From the IMG/VR virus record IMGVR_UViG_3300015181_000003, positions 1 through 43,728 of that record: DNA of 43,728 nucleotides. One strand, written 5' to 3'. Shown piece by piece: positions 17,380 to 25,295 of this stretch. Each line of letters opens with the position of its first letter. Within the stretch, counting starts at the first letter, position 1. The DNA is from a virus. Its lineage: Duplodnaviria > Heunggongvirae > Uroviricota > Caudoviricetes. The position numbers and the translations under genes were made by a program. The notes under the pieces are model-generated. The model was not told the origin of the DNA. It ran no database searches and worked only from the letters and a program-made list of their open reading frames with translations.

Positions 17380-17481
17380 TGTTAGGCGAGTAGTCAACTA
17401 GGGTCTGCCGGGCGAGCCGGAAAGTCACCGTGTGAGTCGCGTACTCACTCCCGCTAATTTAACGGTTCACTACTCGCCTAA
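17380..17481. repeat. perfect 14-bp inverted repeat enclosing two internal hairpins (candidate structured RNA or protein site)
   Basis: GTTAGGCGAGTAGT at about 17380..17393 is the exact reverse complement of ACTACTCGCCTAAC at about 17468..17481; inside are a CCGG / CCGG stem and a GTGAGT / ACTCAC stem. Confidence 0.5.
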
Positions 17482-17518
17482 CTAAGTATCGTCGGATTAG
17501 TCTCAGGTGTCAATTGGT

Positions 17519-17552
17519 AAAATAAAACCCGGATTAGCGGTCCGGGTTTTGA
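17519..17552. terminator. rho-independent terminator (bidirectional) downstream of endolysin
   Basis: Stem AACCCGGA / TCCGGGTT with loop TTAGCGG; T/A-rich runs on both sides. Confidence 0.6.
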
Positions 17553-17678
17553 TCATAAGCCCCTGAACCCTACGCAGTCTCCACCGCTTGGGCTGCTGCT
17601 TCTGGTTTACCAGGGCTTAGTATGCAAATACGAAAAACTTGGCCTAACGATAATACTAAACGCCTTCGTATTCGTCCA

Positions 17679-18164
17679 TCATTTAACTGCCCTCCCAATA
17701 GCCTCCGCCTCCTGCCACGGTTTGCCGTCGAATAGCGCCAGACGACCGGCGGTACGACGACGCAGGCCAAGTAACGGTTTGCCGTTCTGGTTGATGAACA
17801 GCGCCAGCTTAGCCCGCAGTGTCACAATATCCCCAGAACGCAGCGCCTTGCCCGTGCCAGTAGTAGCCGCAATCACACCAGCACCCGCGTTATACACCAG
17901 GTCACACACTGCATCAAACTGTTCCTGTGTAAGTGAATGGTGCGCTGCTGCGTCAACCGCAGCTACTGCCTTAGCCATATCACGATTCAGTAGCAGGAGT
18001 CCCTGCCCTGGCGTGATGGTCTTGCCTGGTGTTACGTCCGGCCCGTAGTGCCCGTACCCAATAGTCAGGTACTTCTCGTTCGACGTAGCGCGATATGCAG
18101 TGCCGCGGAATCCCTCGAATGCAGCGGTAAAATGCAGCCCATTATCTGAAATGTTTCGAGACAC
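17679..18164 (-). CDS. endolysin (phage lysozyme, GH24-like)
   Basis: 161 aa with FEGFRGTAYRATSNEKYLTIGYGH lysozyme signature. Confidence 0.85.
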   Translation of the reverse strand: MSRNISDNGLHFTAAFEGFRGTAYRATSNEKYLTIGYGHYGPDVTPGKTITPGQGLLLLNRDMAKAVAAVDAAAHHSLTQEQFDAVCDLVYNAGAGVIAATTGTGKALRSGDIVTLRAKLALFINQNGKPLLGLRRRTAGRLALFDGKPWQEAEAIGRAVK

Positions 18165-18414
18165 GCTTATGTCCTCCGTATGCCAGCCACGCCTGACGAA
18201 TCTGGCGCAGCGCGACTAATGTGATTAATGTCTCAGGCAACGTCGGGGACATGCTGCCCTGTAACAGGTGGATGCATCCGGCAGCGCAGACGATAGCTGT
18301 CAGGATATAAAGAACCCGACCAAATAATCCGTCGTCAACGCTGGGGTGATACACATTAAACAGCGATGTGCCTCCGATTGCCAGCATACCGCCGAACCAG
18401 AATAGCTCATTCAT
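18142..18414 (-). CDS. holin/antiholin-like membrane protein (90 aa)
   Basis: Internal ATG with GAGGAGG SD; two predicted TM helices; between the holin-like gene and endolysin. Track ORF extends to 18567 in a frame overlapping the holin. Confidence 0.4.
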   Translation of the reverse strand: MNELFWFGGMLAIGGTSLFNVYHPSVDDGLFGRVLYILTAIVCAAGCIHLLQGSMSPTLPETLITLVALRQIRQAWLAYGGHKRVSKHFR

Positions 18415-18715
18415 CTGGGCCTCCTCGACGTGCAATGTATTCTCCGGCGACGATGCCAGAAAGACGGGAATAGATAGGCATCCAGAGAATGGCGATGATG
18501 AAGCCCAGGCCCGCGATTTCACGGTCGCCCGTGATACCAAACCATTGAGCGGCAAGAGGTGCGCCAAATACGGCGCAGGTGAAGCCGGTTACAATAAAGA
18601 ATAAGCCGTCGATGGGACCAGAAATAACGGACTTATGTTGTCGTAGTCCGATTACCCCTCCGGCTAGTGCGGCAGCGAGAAGCCAGCCTGTCACTGTTTC
18701 AGTAAATTTATCCAA
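18407..18715 (-). CDS. holin-like membrane protein (102 aa)
   Basis: Multiple hydrophobic helices and a charged C-terminus; immediately upstream of the endolysin block. Confidence 0.45.
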   Translation of the reverse strand: MDKFTETVTGWLLAAALAGGVIGLRQHKSVISGPIDGLFFIVTGFTCAVFGAPLAAQWFGITGDREIAGLGFIIAILWMPIYSRLSGIVAGEYIARRGGPDE

Positions 18716-18790
18716 GATGAATCCTCCAGGTGCGTATTAAGTATGCAGTAACTGGAGGATAGCACGGTTAGGAATTATCTTAATAACGGT

Positions 18791-19084
18791 TTATTTATGC
18801 CTCCAGATGTATTGTCGTCTCTGTGGTTTCGTCGGGATATCTTCATAACCCAGCGATTTCCAGTAATTAAATAACCGATTAGCGATTGCTGCTCGTTCCT
18901 TTGTTTTAAACTCACCTAGATTCACAGCTTTCCCGTTCTGGAACCCACAGGCGCGGATAGCTTTACGCCGTTCTTGTATCTCGGGGTACAGCGCATTACG
19001 GCGGCGCTTATGTATTCTGGTGTTCGCTCTCGGTGACAGCGGCGTAAGGCCGCTTCGTTTCAGGATGTCAGTTGCGAGGCTCAT
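18791..19084 (-). CDS. hypothetical basic protein (97 aa)
   Basis: ATG at 19084 overlaps the upstream stop; Arg/Lys-rich; track ORF extends to 19135 with a GTG start. Confidence 0.4.
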   Translation of the reverse strand: MSLATDILKRSGLTPLSPRANTRIHKRRRNALYPEIQERRKAIRACGFQNGKAVNLGEFKTKERAAIANRLFNYWKSLGYEDIPTKPQRRQYIWRHK

Positions 19085-19278
19085 AATAACCCCAAAGTTT
19101 CGAGTTTCTCGCATAGAGAATCTGGTAATTCGCACAGATTAACCTGGTCGGTTAGTAGGCATAGAACGGCGTATAGGTCCTCATAGTCTTCGTAACTTAC
19201 CCAGCCGCCGTCCGTATCTTCCTCTAAGTCAATATGGCCAGTAACACAGTCTTCTTTTAACTCATATCTCTGCAGCAT
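19081..19278 (-). CDS. hypothetical acidic protein (65 aa), paralog of 19278..19532
   Basis: Starts MLQRYELKED...GGWVSYEDYEDL, similar to the neighbouring protein; ATG overlaps the upstream stop. Confidence 0.4.
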   Translation of the reverse strand: MLQRYELKEDCVTGHIDLEEDTDGGWVSYEDYEDLYAVLCLLTDQVNLCELPDSLCEKLETLGLL

Positions 19279-19532
19279 CACTCTACCCCTTCCACATGTG
19301 TGACCGACCCACAGTTCGCGCACTCGACGTAATCAGGGAACTGGTCCTTGTATTTCTGTAACTCGGCGTTTACTTCTGCCAGTCTTGCCACAAGCCCTTC
19401 TATCTCCATGTCCGTAGTTGTTATGTAGTCCTGGAAACTGTTGTCCAGCTCCGCGTAGTCTTCGTAACCTACCCAATCACCTTCATCGTGCGGCCCTATT
19501 AAACCACCTTGTAATAAGTATCTCTGTACCAT
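19278..19532 (-). CDS. hypothetical acidic protein (84 aa), paralog of 19081..19278
   Basis: Starts MVQRYLLQGG...GDWVGYEDYAEL; AGGAGA SD; C-terminal CxxC. Confidence 0.4.
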   Translation of the reverse strand: MVQRYLLQGGLIGPHDEGDWVGYEDYAELDNSFQDYITTTDMEIEGLVARLAEVNAELQKYKDQFPDYVECANCGSVTHVEGVE

Positions 19533-19533
19533 G

Positions 19534-19737
19534 TTATTTCTCCTGTTTACCAAGTCGCTTAGGTGAGCAGATAGCACGTACCTCTGAGTCGTTGGGCTTG
19601 TCGCCCTGAAACAGGAAGTGCGCGTTCTCTGCGGCGCGTGCCGCTGACTGGCACGCCCCCATAGAGTAAAACGTTTCTGCTGTCGCGAGGTGCATCTGGC
19701 CTGCGGACAGTACCCATATAAAGAGGATGCTGGTCAT
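19534..19737 (-). CDS. small secreted protein with signal peptide (67 aa)
   Basis: N-terminal hydrophobic signal-like segment MTSILFIWVLSAGQMHLATA; ATG overlaps the upstream stop. Confidence 0.4.
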   Translation of the reverse strand: MTSILFIWVLSAGQMHLATAETFYSMGACQSAARAAENAHFLFQGDKPNDSEVRAICSPKRLGKQEK

Positions 19738-20156
19738 CAGAAGTATTCCCCGCACGTTTTACATACTTTCGTACCGAACGGTGCGGAGCCATCTGTTACT
19801 ACATAATAGAAACTGTAGGGCCATCTCTGAGTATCGTCCTTACGGCAACCAGATTGTTCCGGCGTTACGGGCGTCGGGGTGCACCGACAATTTACCGTCG
19901 CCCCGGGCACATGTTCACCCACTACATAGCGCTGACCTGCGGGGATGTACCCACCTTTGCGGATAAGTTTGTACGCCTCCACGTCACCCGTAGCTTGGGC
20001 CAATGCCAGATGCAACTCCTTAATCTGCGCCGACGCGTCACGTAACTGATTCTTAAGTGACTGCACCTCATGCGCCAGGTCTTCGCACTGGTTGTTATTT
20101 ACCTGCTGCCGTAACTGGTCAATCAGGTACTCGAATACTTCGTTTTTATTACTCAT
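19737..20156 (-). CDS. coiled-coil protein with C-terminal Cys-rich domain (139 aa)
   Basis: ATG at 20156 with GGAGGAG SD (track start 20258 lies inside the upstream gene); CxC...C...CxxC cluster at the C-terminus. Confidence 0.45.
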   Translation of the reverse strand: MSNKNEVFEYLIDQLRQQVNNNQCEDLAHEVQSLKNQLRDASAQIKELHLALAQATGDVEAYKLIRKGGYIPAGQRYVVGEHVPGATVNCRCTPTPVTPEQSGCRKDDTQRWPYSFYYVVTDGSAPFGTKVCKTCGEYF

Positions 20157-20367
20157 CTTCTGTCTCCTCCCCGTTATATTCTTCGAACACAATGTCATCA
20201 TCTGCGGATAGCGCCCATCGGCCGTAACCAGTGTAATAGACCTCAAGTTCAGTGCCATTGCCGTCTATTATGTAGCAGCGGCTCTCGTCGCCGTCTTCTT
20301 TGAGGTGATACAAGTCGTTTTTAGTCAGCACCCAATAGCCATTGTAAGATTTGCATTCCAGGAACAT
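20149..20367 (-). CDS. hypothetical acidic protein (72 aa)
   Basis: Track ORF in the early operon; acidic C-terminus. Confidence 0.4.
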   Translation of the reverse strand: MFLECKSYNGYWVLTKNDLYHLKEDGDESRCYIIDGNGTELEVYYTGYGRWALSADDDIVFEEYNGEETEDE

Positions 20368-20389
20368 CTTCTGCCTCTCCTCTCGTTAG

Positions 20390-20599
20390 TTAAGCAACAA
20401 CCGCGACAATCACCGATACGCACAAGAAAACGGTTATTGCGAAAAATAGCATGAACGACCACTCAGATAACTTACCAATAGCTGTGCGGTATGTGACGTT
20501 TGTGCAATTACGTGTCATGTGCATATCCACAACACCGAAACCTACGCCTGCGGCGAACGCCAGCACTCCAACCAAGGCAACCGCGATAAAAATAATCAT
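20390..20599 (-). CDS. small membrane protein (69 aa)
   Basis: ATG at 20599 with GGATAAGGAA SD; two hydrophobic helices; directly downstream of a conserved promoter element. Confidence 0.45.
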   Translation of the reverse strand: MIIFIAVALVGVLAFAAGVGFGVVDMHMTRNCTNVTYRTAIGKLSEWSFMLFFAITVFLCVSVIVAVVA

Positions 20600-20628
20600 C
20601 TTCAAATTCCTTATCCCGTTTGTGTAAA

Positions 20629-20660
20629 TGAATAGTAGCCTATTCTATCTTAGCGTGCAA
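20629..20660 (-). promoter_or_regulatory. conserved promoter/operator element (minus strand: TTGCAC-N7-TAGAAT-AGGCTACTATTCA)
   Basis: Third copy of the element found at 450..481 and 22094..22125; contains perfect inverted repeat GAATAG-N4-CTATTC; about 40 nt upstream of ATG 20599. Confidence 0.45.
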
Positions 20661-20667
20661 GTAAATT

Positions 20668-20952
20668 TTATTGGTGTTTGTATTGTTGCATCTCCTGCAG
20701 CGCGGAGAATGCTTCAATAACTCCGTTAGCCTTTAGCCAGTGGTACACGAACACATCGCTCGGAGACGGCGCTCCAAGAATCCCGACGATATTTAGGTGT
20801 GACACTAACCCTTCAATTTCGCGCATGGAATAAATATCATGCGAACGACCGCTTTCAAGGGTTAGTGTCGCGTCACTGAATGGCGTGCCGTCGGTATGAC
20901 CTACGCCTGTCATGAAGCCGCGTAAGAATTCTATCTTCTCTCTGTCTGTCAT
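20668..20952 (-). CDS. hypothetical protein (94 aa)
   Basis: Track ORF; ATG preceded by a GGAGA SD. Confidence 0.45.
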   Translation of the reverse strand: MTDREKIEFLRGFMTGVGHTDGTPFSDATLTLESGRSHDIYSMREIEGLVSHLNIVGILGAPSPSDVFVYHWLKANGVIEAFSALQEMQQYKHQ

Positions 20953-21008
20953 TGTTGCGTCTCCTGCAATAGTCGCTTCGATTGTTGCGTTTTGTGAAAT
21001 AGAACAAA

Positions 21009-21043
21009 AATGAGAAAAATGATACGCTGCTGTGTAGCAGCGT
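21009..21043 (-). terminator. rho-independent terminator after DUF551-like gene
   Basis: Stem ACGCTGCT / AGCAGCGT with loop GTGT followed by a U-rich tract on the minus strand. Confidence 0.5.
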
Positions 21044-21085
21044 AAGTCACTCAGTAAAAGCCCAAACTATTGTTACAATATAACA

Positions 21086-21280
21086 TCACACTTCCGGCGG
21101 CTCTGGTAACGGCATCCAGTGAGTTACATCGTCAATATCGATGTTTGAGCTACGCGGCGCCCAACAATCCCAGAAACCGTCGCAATCCCACCACATCACC
21201 TCAACGTTACCACCATCCGAAACCAGCACATATTCAAAATCATCCGGCATCCGCTCGCTACACTTAATCCACCCACCCAT
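21086..21280 (-). CDS. DUF551-like phage protein
   Basis: 64 aa with CSERMP...W...W...VTHWMPLPEPPE pattern recalled from the DUF551 family. Confidence 0.55.
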   Translation of the reverse strand: MGGWIKCSERMPDDFEYVLVSDGGNVEVMWWDCDGFWDCWAPRSSNIDIDDVTHWMPLPEPPEV

Positions 21281-21283
21281 AAA

Positions 21284-21427
21284 TCACCTCTGATTCGCGA
21301 TAAACAACACACCAGCTTTCCACGCCCGCCACGCGAGACGGGTCTTAACATTTAGGTACTCTTTCTTTGAACCCTTGTTAACCGGCAGACCCTCGACGAC
21401 GGCCCACCGTTCGAATGCTTCTCTCAT
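21284..21427 (-). CDS. hypothetical protein (47 aa)
   Basis: Not in the track; ATG with GGAGG SD at 7-nt spacing; tightly packed between neighbours. Confidence 0.3.
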   Translation of the reverse strand: MREAFERWAVVEGLPVNKGSKKEYLNVKTRLAWRAWKAGVLFIANQR

Positions 21428-21430
21428 AAC

Positions 21431-21622
21431 TCAGTCCTCCAGAACTTCACATTCACGGTTACGTACGTACAGTTCCTCGCCGCGGTGTTCGACGAAGTGG
21501 CCAAAATCATTACTCGACGTAACCTCGAACTCATCCCCGACTGAGATACCAAAGTATCGCAGTGGGCGGTCGCCATAACCTGACGGCAACACATAATCAA
21601 CATCAGTTATACGTATTTTCAT
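21431..21622 (-). CDS. hypothetical protein (63 aa)
   Basis: ATG at 21622 with GAGGGAGG SD (track start 21631 is TTG). Confidence 0.4.
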   Translation of the reverse strand: MKIRITDVDYVLPSGYGDRPLRYFGISVGDEFEVTSSNDFGHFVEHRGEELYVRNRECEVLED

Positions 21623-21658
21623 TAACGGCAACCTCCCTCAGAGTCGTTGGCACGAGCA

Positions 21659-21877
21659 TCATGATTCGATGCCGTTGTGAATGATGCGGAAACAACATTG
21701 AAGAAAACTAACGGTTAAAGTCTCGTCCACAGTGTCCTCTAAATCCCATTCATCACCGTCTTCATCTAAAACGTATCGACGGCCGTCGTAATATACTCCT
21801 GACGAATATTTGTTACCTTTCACAAACCAATCCTGCACATCCTGGCTGGATCCAATACAAATTAATTCTTCCATCAC
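21659..21877 (-). CDS. hypothetical acidic protein (72 aa)
   Basis: Track ORF; start overlaps the upstream stop. Confidence 0.4.
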   Translation of the reverse strand: MMEELICIGSSQDVQDWFVKGNKYSSGVYYDGRRYVLDEDGDEWDLEDTVDETLTVSFLQCCFRIIHNGIES

Positions 21878-22062
21878 TTCGCCCCTTTGAATTTAAAATT
21901 GTTGCCGATGAGTTCTAAATATTCCGCGCTTACAGTTGCATGACCGCCAGTAAATACATTGCGAAGTTTACAAATAGAGGAACTGCCTCTGTTGTTGGTG
22001 GAAAATACGGAGTACAAACATCCCGACTTTTTACTACGGACCAACTGACCCTTCTTAAACAT
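21874..22062 (-). CDS. hypothetical protein (62 aa), first gene of the leftward early operon
   Basis: ATG at 22062 with GAGGG SD (track start 22071 is GTG); about 45 nt downstream of the conserved promoter element. Confidence 0.4.
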   Translation of the reverse strand: MFKKGQLVRSKKSGCLYSVFSTNNRGSSSICKLRNVFTGGHATVSAEYLELIGNNFKFKGAK

Positions 22063-22093
22063 AACCCTCACTCCTCTGTCCCGTTTCGATAAG

Positions 22094-22125
22094 TGAATAG
22101 TATCCTATTATATCGGGGTGTGCAA
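22094..22125 (-). promoter_or_regulatory. conserved promoter/operator element (minus strand: TTGCAC-N7-TATAAT-AGGATACTATTCA), leftward early promoter
   Basis: Perfect TATAAT on the minus strand at about 22112..22107; nearly identical to 450..481 (+) and 20629..20660 (-). Confidence 0.5.
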
Positions 22126-22197
22126 GAGAATAGTTACGTTGCCGTTGTGATTCTTCAGGCAGGGTTGTGCCTTTATTCTTATTACTTGGTAACTAAA

Positions 22198-22218
22198 GGG
22201 CAGGCCTTAAGCCTGCCC
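22198..22218. promoter_or_regulatory. perfect GC-rich hairpin/palindrome in the early control region
   Basis: GGGCAGGC-CTTAA-GCCTGCCC, 8-bp perfect stem. Confidence 0.35.
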
Positions 22219-22505
22219 AATAATCGTTACATTTTTACGGTTGCGAATCTACGGCATTTTAAGAAAATCAGATACTTAAGATATATGCTGCCGATGAGAA
22301 TAGAGCTTGCCCAGGGCAACCGGAGATACTTAGGAAGGAAAGTTACGATAATTCTCATGTTCAGTAAACTTTCGCTTAACACTTTGCTTGCGCTGCGCGC
22401 AGCTGCGTTTTAAGCGGTTTTACAAGGTGAACAGGAATCAAAGTAACTAAGATATAGAAGCACCTTAAACGAAGATTTTCATAATGTCAATAGGTGCAAT
22501 TATGT

Positions 22506-22534
22506 TTGATTTCCCATTATTCGCAATGTATACT
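22506..22534 (+). promoter_or_regulatory. candidate rightward early promoter (TTGATT-17-TATACT)
   Basis: -35-like TTGATT, 17-nt spacer, -10-like TATACT about 33 nt upstream of ATG 22567 with GAGGG SD. Confidence 0.4.
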
Positions 22535-22566
22535 TGGTTTCGTTAACTGATAATGAGGGCTTTGGA

Positions 22567-22737
22567 ATGACACAGAATGAAGTGGCAGAGCGTATCGGGG
22601 TTACCCGTCGCACGCTGAATAACTGGTTAAAGAGCGGGAAGTTCCCGGATTGTTGTATTCGCATTATGGGTCGTCGTCAGCCAGGTACATTTGACCCGGA
22701 GAAAGTGGAAGCGTGGATTAAGGAGAACGTAAAATGA
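22567..22737 (+). CDS. HTH DNA-binding protein (AlpA/excisionase-like small regulator)
   Basis: 56 aa from ATG 22567 (track start 22534 is TTG and overlaps the promoter); motif VAERIGVTRRTLNNWLKSGKFP. Confidence 0.55.
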   Translation: MTQNEVAERIGVTRRTLNNWLKSGKFPDCCIRIMGRRQPGTFDPEKVEAWIKENVK

Positions 22738-22967
22738 CCGAGTTCCAGTCACGCGTATTTACGGCGGTCGTTTCGCTAACACGTAAAAAAGGGTCGTGCA
22801 GCGTTATCGACTTGCGCCGTAGTTATTTTAAGTACTATAGTTCCGCCATTATTGAAGGGTCGTTGAAGGTGCTGGTTAAATCCGGTGTCGTGAAAAATGT
22901 TGGTGGGAAATATAGCGCCGTTGCAGAAGTTCGCGGAATGACCGCTACTTTAGAAGACCTGGAATAA
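22734..22967 (+). CDS. hypothetical protein (77 aa)
   Basis: ATG overlaps the upstream stop (ATGA). Confidence 0.45.
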   Translation: MTEFQSRVFTAVVSLTRKKGSCSVIDLRRSYFKYYSSAIIEGSLKVLVKSGVVKNVGGKYSAVAEVRGMTATLEDLE

Positions 22968-23025
22968 AAGAAAGCCCCGACGCGGTGAACGCCGAGGCCA
23001 AATTACTTGCTGAAGGAAATACAAC

Positions 23026-25266
23026 ATGTCCGATGTAATTTTATCCTACTCGTGGTCTCGTCGCAACGCGCGGGCGGAGAAAAAGGATATAAACGTCAGA
23101 ACCACACACACGGCAACACTGGACGACCTGAAAGAGTTAATCCGGCCGCTCGATGCTGTTCGTGACGGGATTAACCCCAAGACCGCGCCGGGGTATATCA
23201 CTGCCGCGTGTGACTCTACACACAGCACCGTAAAAGACCTGGAAACCGGTGACTTTAAGCAAGCGCGCAAAGGCTTCTTCTACCGCTGTGACGCGTCCGT
23301 AAGCAAATCATCGCTGGCGTACCTGGACTTTGACAGCGCAACGCCGGAAGAGTACCAGGAAGCGGTGCGCCTGGTTAAGCGCAGCCGCCTGGCTATGTGC
23401 CTCTACACCACGGCATCACATACTGACGAGTCACCGCGCTTTCGCGTAGTCATGCCGCTGGCCCGCCCGGTCGAAGGCGGTGACATCATTCGAGTTCGTC
23501 ACGGATTGCTGGAGCACTTCTTCAAAGGCATGGGCGCTGACCGCAGCGGGTTTACGCTGTCCCAGCCTATGTACCTGCCGCCGGTTGGCTCTCAGGTTAT
23601 CTGGTCGCGTCGCAACGACCTGATCGACCCGGACGAGTTACTGGAAGGCACCCCCGCCGTTGACGTTAGCAGCGCATCGGATTACCAGATACCTGAAGAA
23701 CTGCGCACCGCGTTTACTGATGCGTTCGAGGCACTGGCGTTTGAGTACGGCGGCATCATGACGCCCCGCGGCCTTAAGATGCCAGCTACACCAGAACACG
23801 CAGAAAACTACAGCGACCCGACGCCTCGCCCGGACGACTTCCTGTTGTGTTTTCCGCGCGAGGGATATGAAGCGCCGAACGTAACCATGATTCACGACAC
23901 CGACATTACGGCAACTGAAGGCATGTCTCCGAAAGAGGTGTGGAAGTATGCGTGCGACGCGACCGGGCTGCCGTTCAGTGAAGTGGCAGAGGCCATAGGT
24001 TGGGGTGCGCGTGAATCCGTTTCATGCAGCCTCGACGACCTGGAAGACGAGGATGACTCAGAGGAGTACGAGCTACCGGAACCTGTAAAGGCTGATTTCG
24101 TCGTAGAAGGGTATATGCCGTCGGATTGTATATGGGATATCGTCGGGGAGTCGGGCACATACAAATCGTTCTATACTCTGGGGATGATGTACCTTAGCGC
24201 CGCCGGATACCGGTTCGCCGGGGCGGACACCCAGCGTTGCCATCACTTCTATATCGACGGTGAGGGGGGTGCTGCTACACGTACACGTATTGACGCACTC
24301 GCGGCTAAATACGGCGAGGAAGGTAAAGATTATGTACACGTCATCGATATGGGCGAAGTCGGCAAACTGAAGAGCCTGATTAAGTTAATGCGCGAAACTG
24401 CTGGCGACGAGCCGATCGGCATGGTTGCGTTCGACACCCTTAACCAGACCCTGGCCCTGACGATTGATAAATTCGACGAGAACAGTTCATCGACGGCGAT
24501 TGGCATGGGTAAAGTTATCGCCATTCTGAAAGAAGTACGCGACGCAACTAAAGCCGCGGTAGGCGTTGTTCACCACACACCGAAAGGTGGAAAGAAAGCC
24601 CGTGGCAGCGGGGCACTGTATGCGGGTGTCGACGTGGAGCTAACAATTGAACGTGCGACCGACCGCCAGATAAACGTATACCACTCTAAATTTAAGCACG
24701 GGCCGCAACAGAAGACGGTTGGTATGGTGCTGGAGTCTGTACAGTTCCGTGAAGCCCCGCCGCCGAAAGAGTACCGTGCGGTTGAGTTCCTGGGTAACAC
24801 AGAGGAATACGGCACAATCATAAACCTCGACCTGCCGGAGCCGCATAAGGCACTTGTACTGATGCCGTGGGGCTTTGAGCCGTTTAAGACTGACGAGGAG
24901 AAAGAGCGGGAAGAAGGGCTGACAAAGGAAGGTAAAGAAAACGTAAAGAACGCTGTAAAACGTGGAAAGGATGAAGGGCGTAAGGAATCAATACTTGCCG
25001 CGCTGGAAGACCTGCAACAGTCAGACGACACCGGACTAGGTTTTACACAACGGCAGATAGTGGCGAATTCGGGCGACCACGCCATAACCAACCATCATCT
25101 CGAGAAGATGCTGAAAGACGGTGAGTTGATGCTTGGATGTGATATTAACGGTGAAGTTATACCTGGTACCTACCGGATACCAGAAAAGATGGGTGACAGA
25201 TTAAGGCCGAAGACAATATACGAACCGAATGAAATGCTAACAGTGACAGAGGAGGATTTGGAATAG
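23026..25266 (+). CDS. putative DNA primase/helicase (N-terminal primase-like region, central P-loop ATPase, Lys/Glu-rich tail)
   Basis: 746 aa. DxD-containing N-terminal region (LAYLDFDSA); Walker A-like GESGTYKS and hhhhD-like MVAFDT. Family assignment is by motif recall only. Confidence 0.5.
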   Translation: MSDVILSYSWSRRNARAEKKDINVRTTHTATLDDLKELIRPLDAVRDGINPKTAPGYITAACDSTHSTVKDLETGDFKQARKGFFYRCDASVSKSSLAYLDFDSATPEEYQEAVRLVKRSRLAMCLYTTASHTDESPRFRVVMPLARPVEGGDIIRVRHGLLEHFFKGMGADRSGFTLSQPMYLPPVGSQVIWSRRNDLIDPDELLEGTPAVDVSSASDYQIPEELRTAFTDAFEALAFEYGGIMTPRGLKMPATPEHAENYSDPTPRPDDFLLCFPREGYEAPNVTMIHDTDITATEGMSPKEVWKYACDATGLPFSEVAEAIGWGARESVSCSLDDLEDEDDSEEYELPEPVKADFVVEGYMPSDCIWDIVGESGTYKSFYTLGMMYLSAAGYRFAGADTQRCHHFYIDGEGGAATRTRIDALAAKYGEEGKDYVHVIDMGEVGKLKSLIKLMRETAGDEPIGMVAFDTLNQTLALTIDKFDENSSSTAIGMGKVIAILKEVRDATKAAVGVVHHTPKGGKKARGSGALYAGVDVELTIERATDRQINVYHSKFKHGPQQKTVGMVLESVQFREAPPPKEYRAVEFLGNTEEYGTIINLDLPEPHKALVLMPWGFEPFKTDEEKEREEGLTKEGKENVKNAVKRGKDEGRKESILAALEDLQQSDDTGLGFTQRQIVANSGDHAITNHHLEKMLKDGELMLGCDINGEVIPGTYRIPEKMGDRLRPKTIYEPNEMLTVTEEDLE

Positions 25267-25269
25267 GTA

Positions 25270-25295
25270 AAAAGAAAGGGGCGTTAAGCCCCTTC
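25270..25295 (-). terminator. terminator hairpin between convergent genes
   Basis: Stem AAGGGGC / GCCCCTT with loop GTTAA; U-rich on the minus-strand side. Confidence 0.45.

Noticed and set aside
17380-17481. Possible tRNA
   Set aside because: A 7-bp acceptor-like pairing is possible, but there is no T-loop (TTCRA) or D-arm pattern and the length is about 100 nt; treated as an inverted repeat instead.
24570-25091. 173-aa minus-strand ORF
   Set aside because: Antisense to the primase/helicase gene; Ser-rich low-complexity product; no start context.
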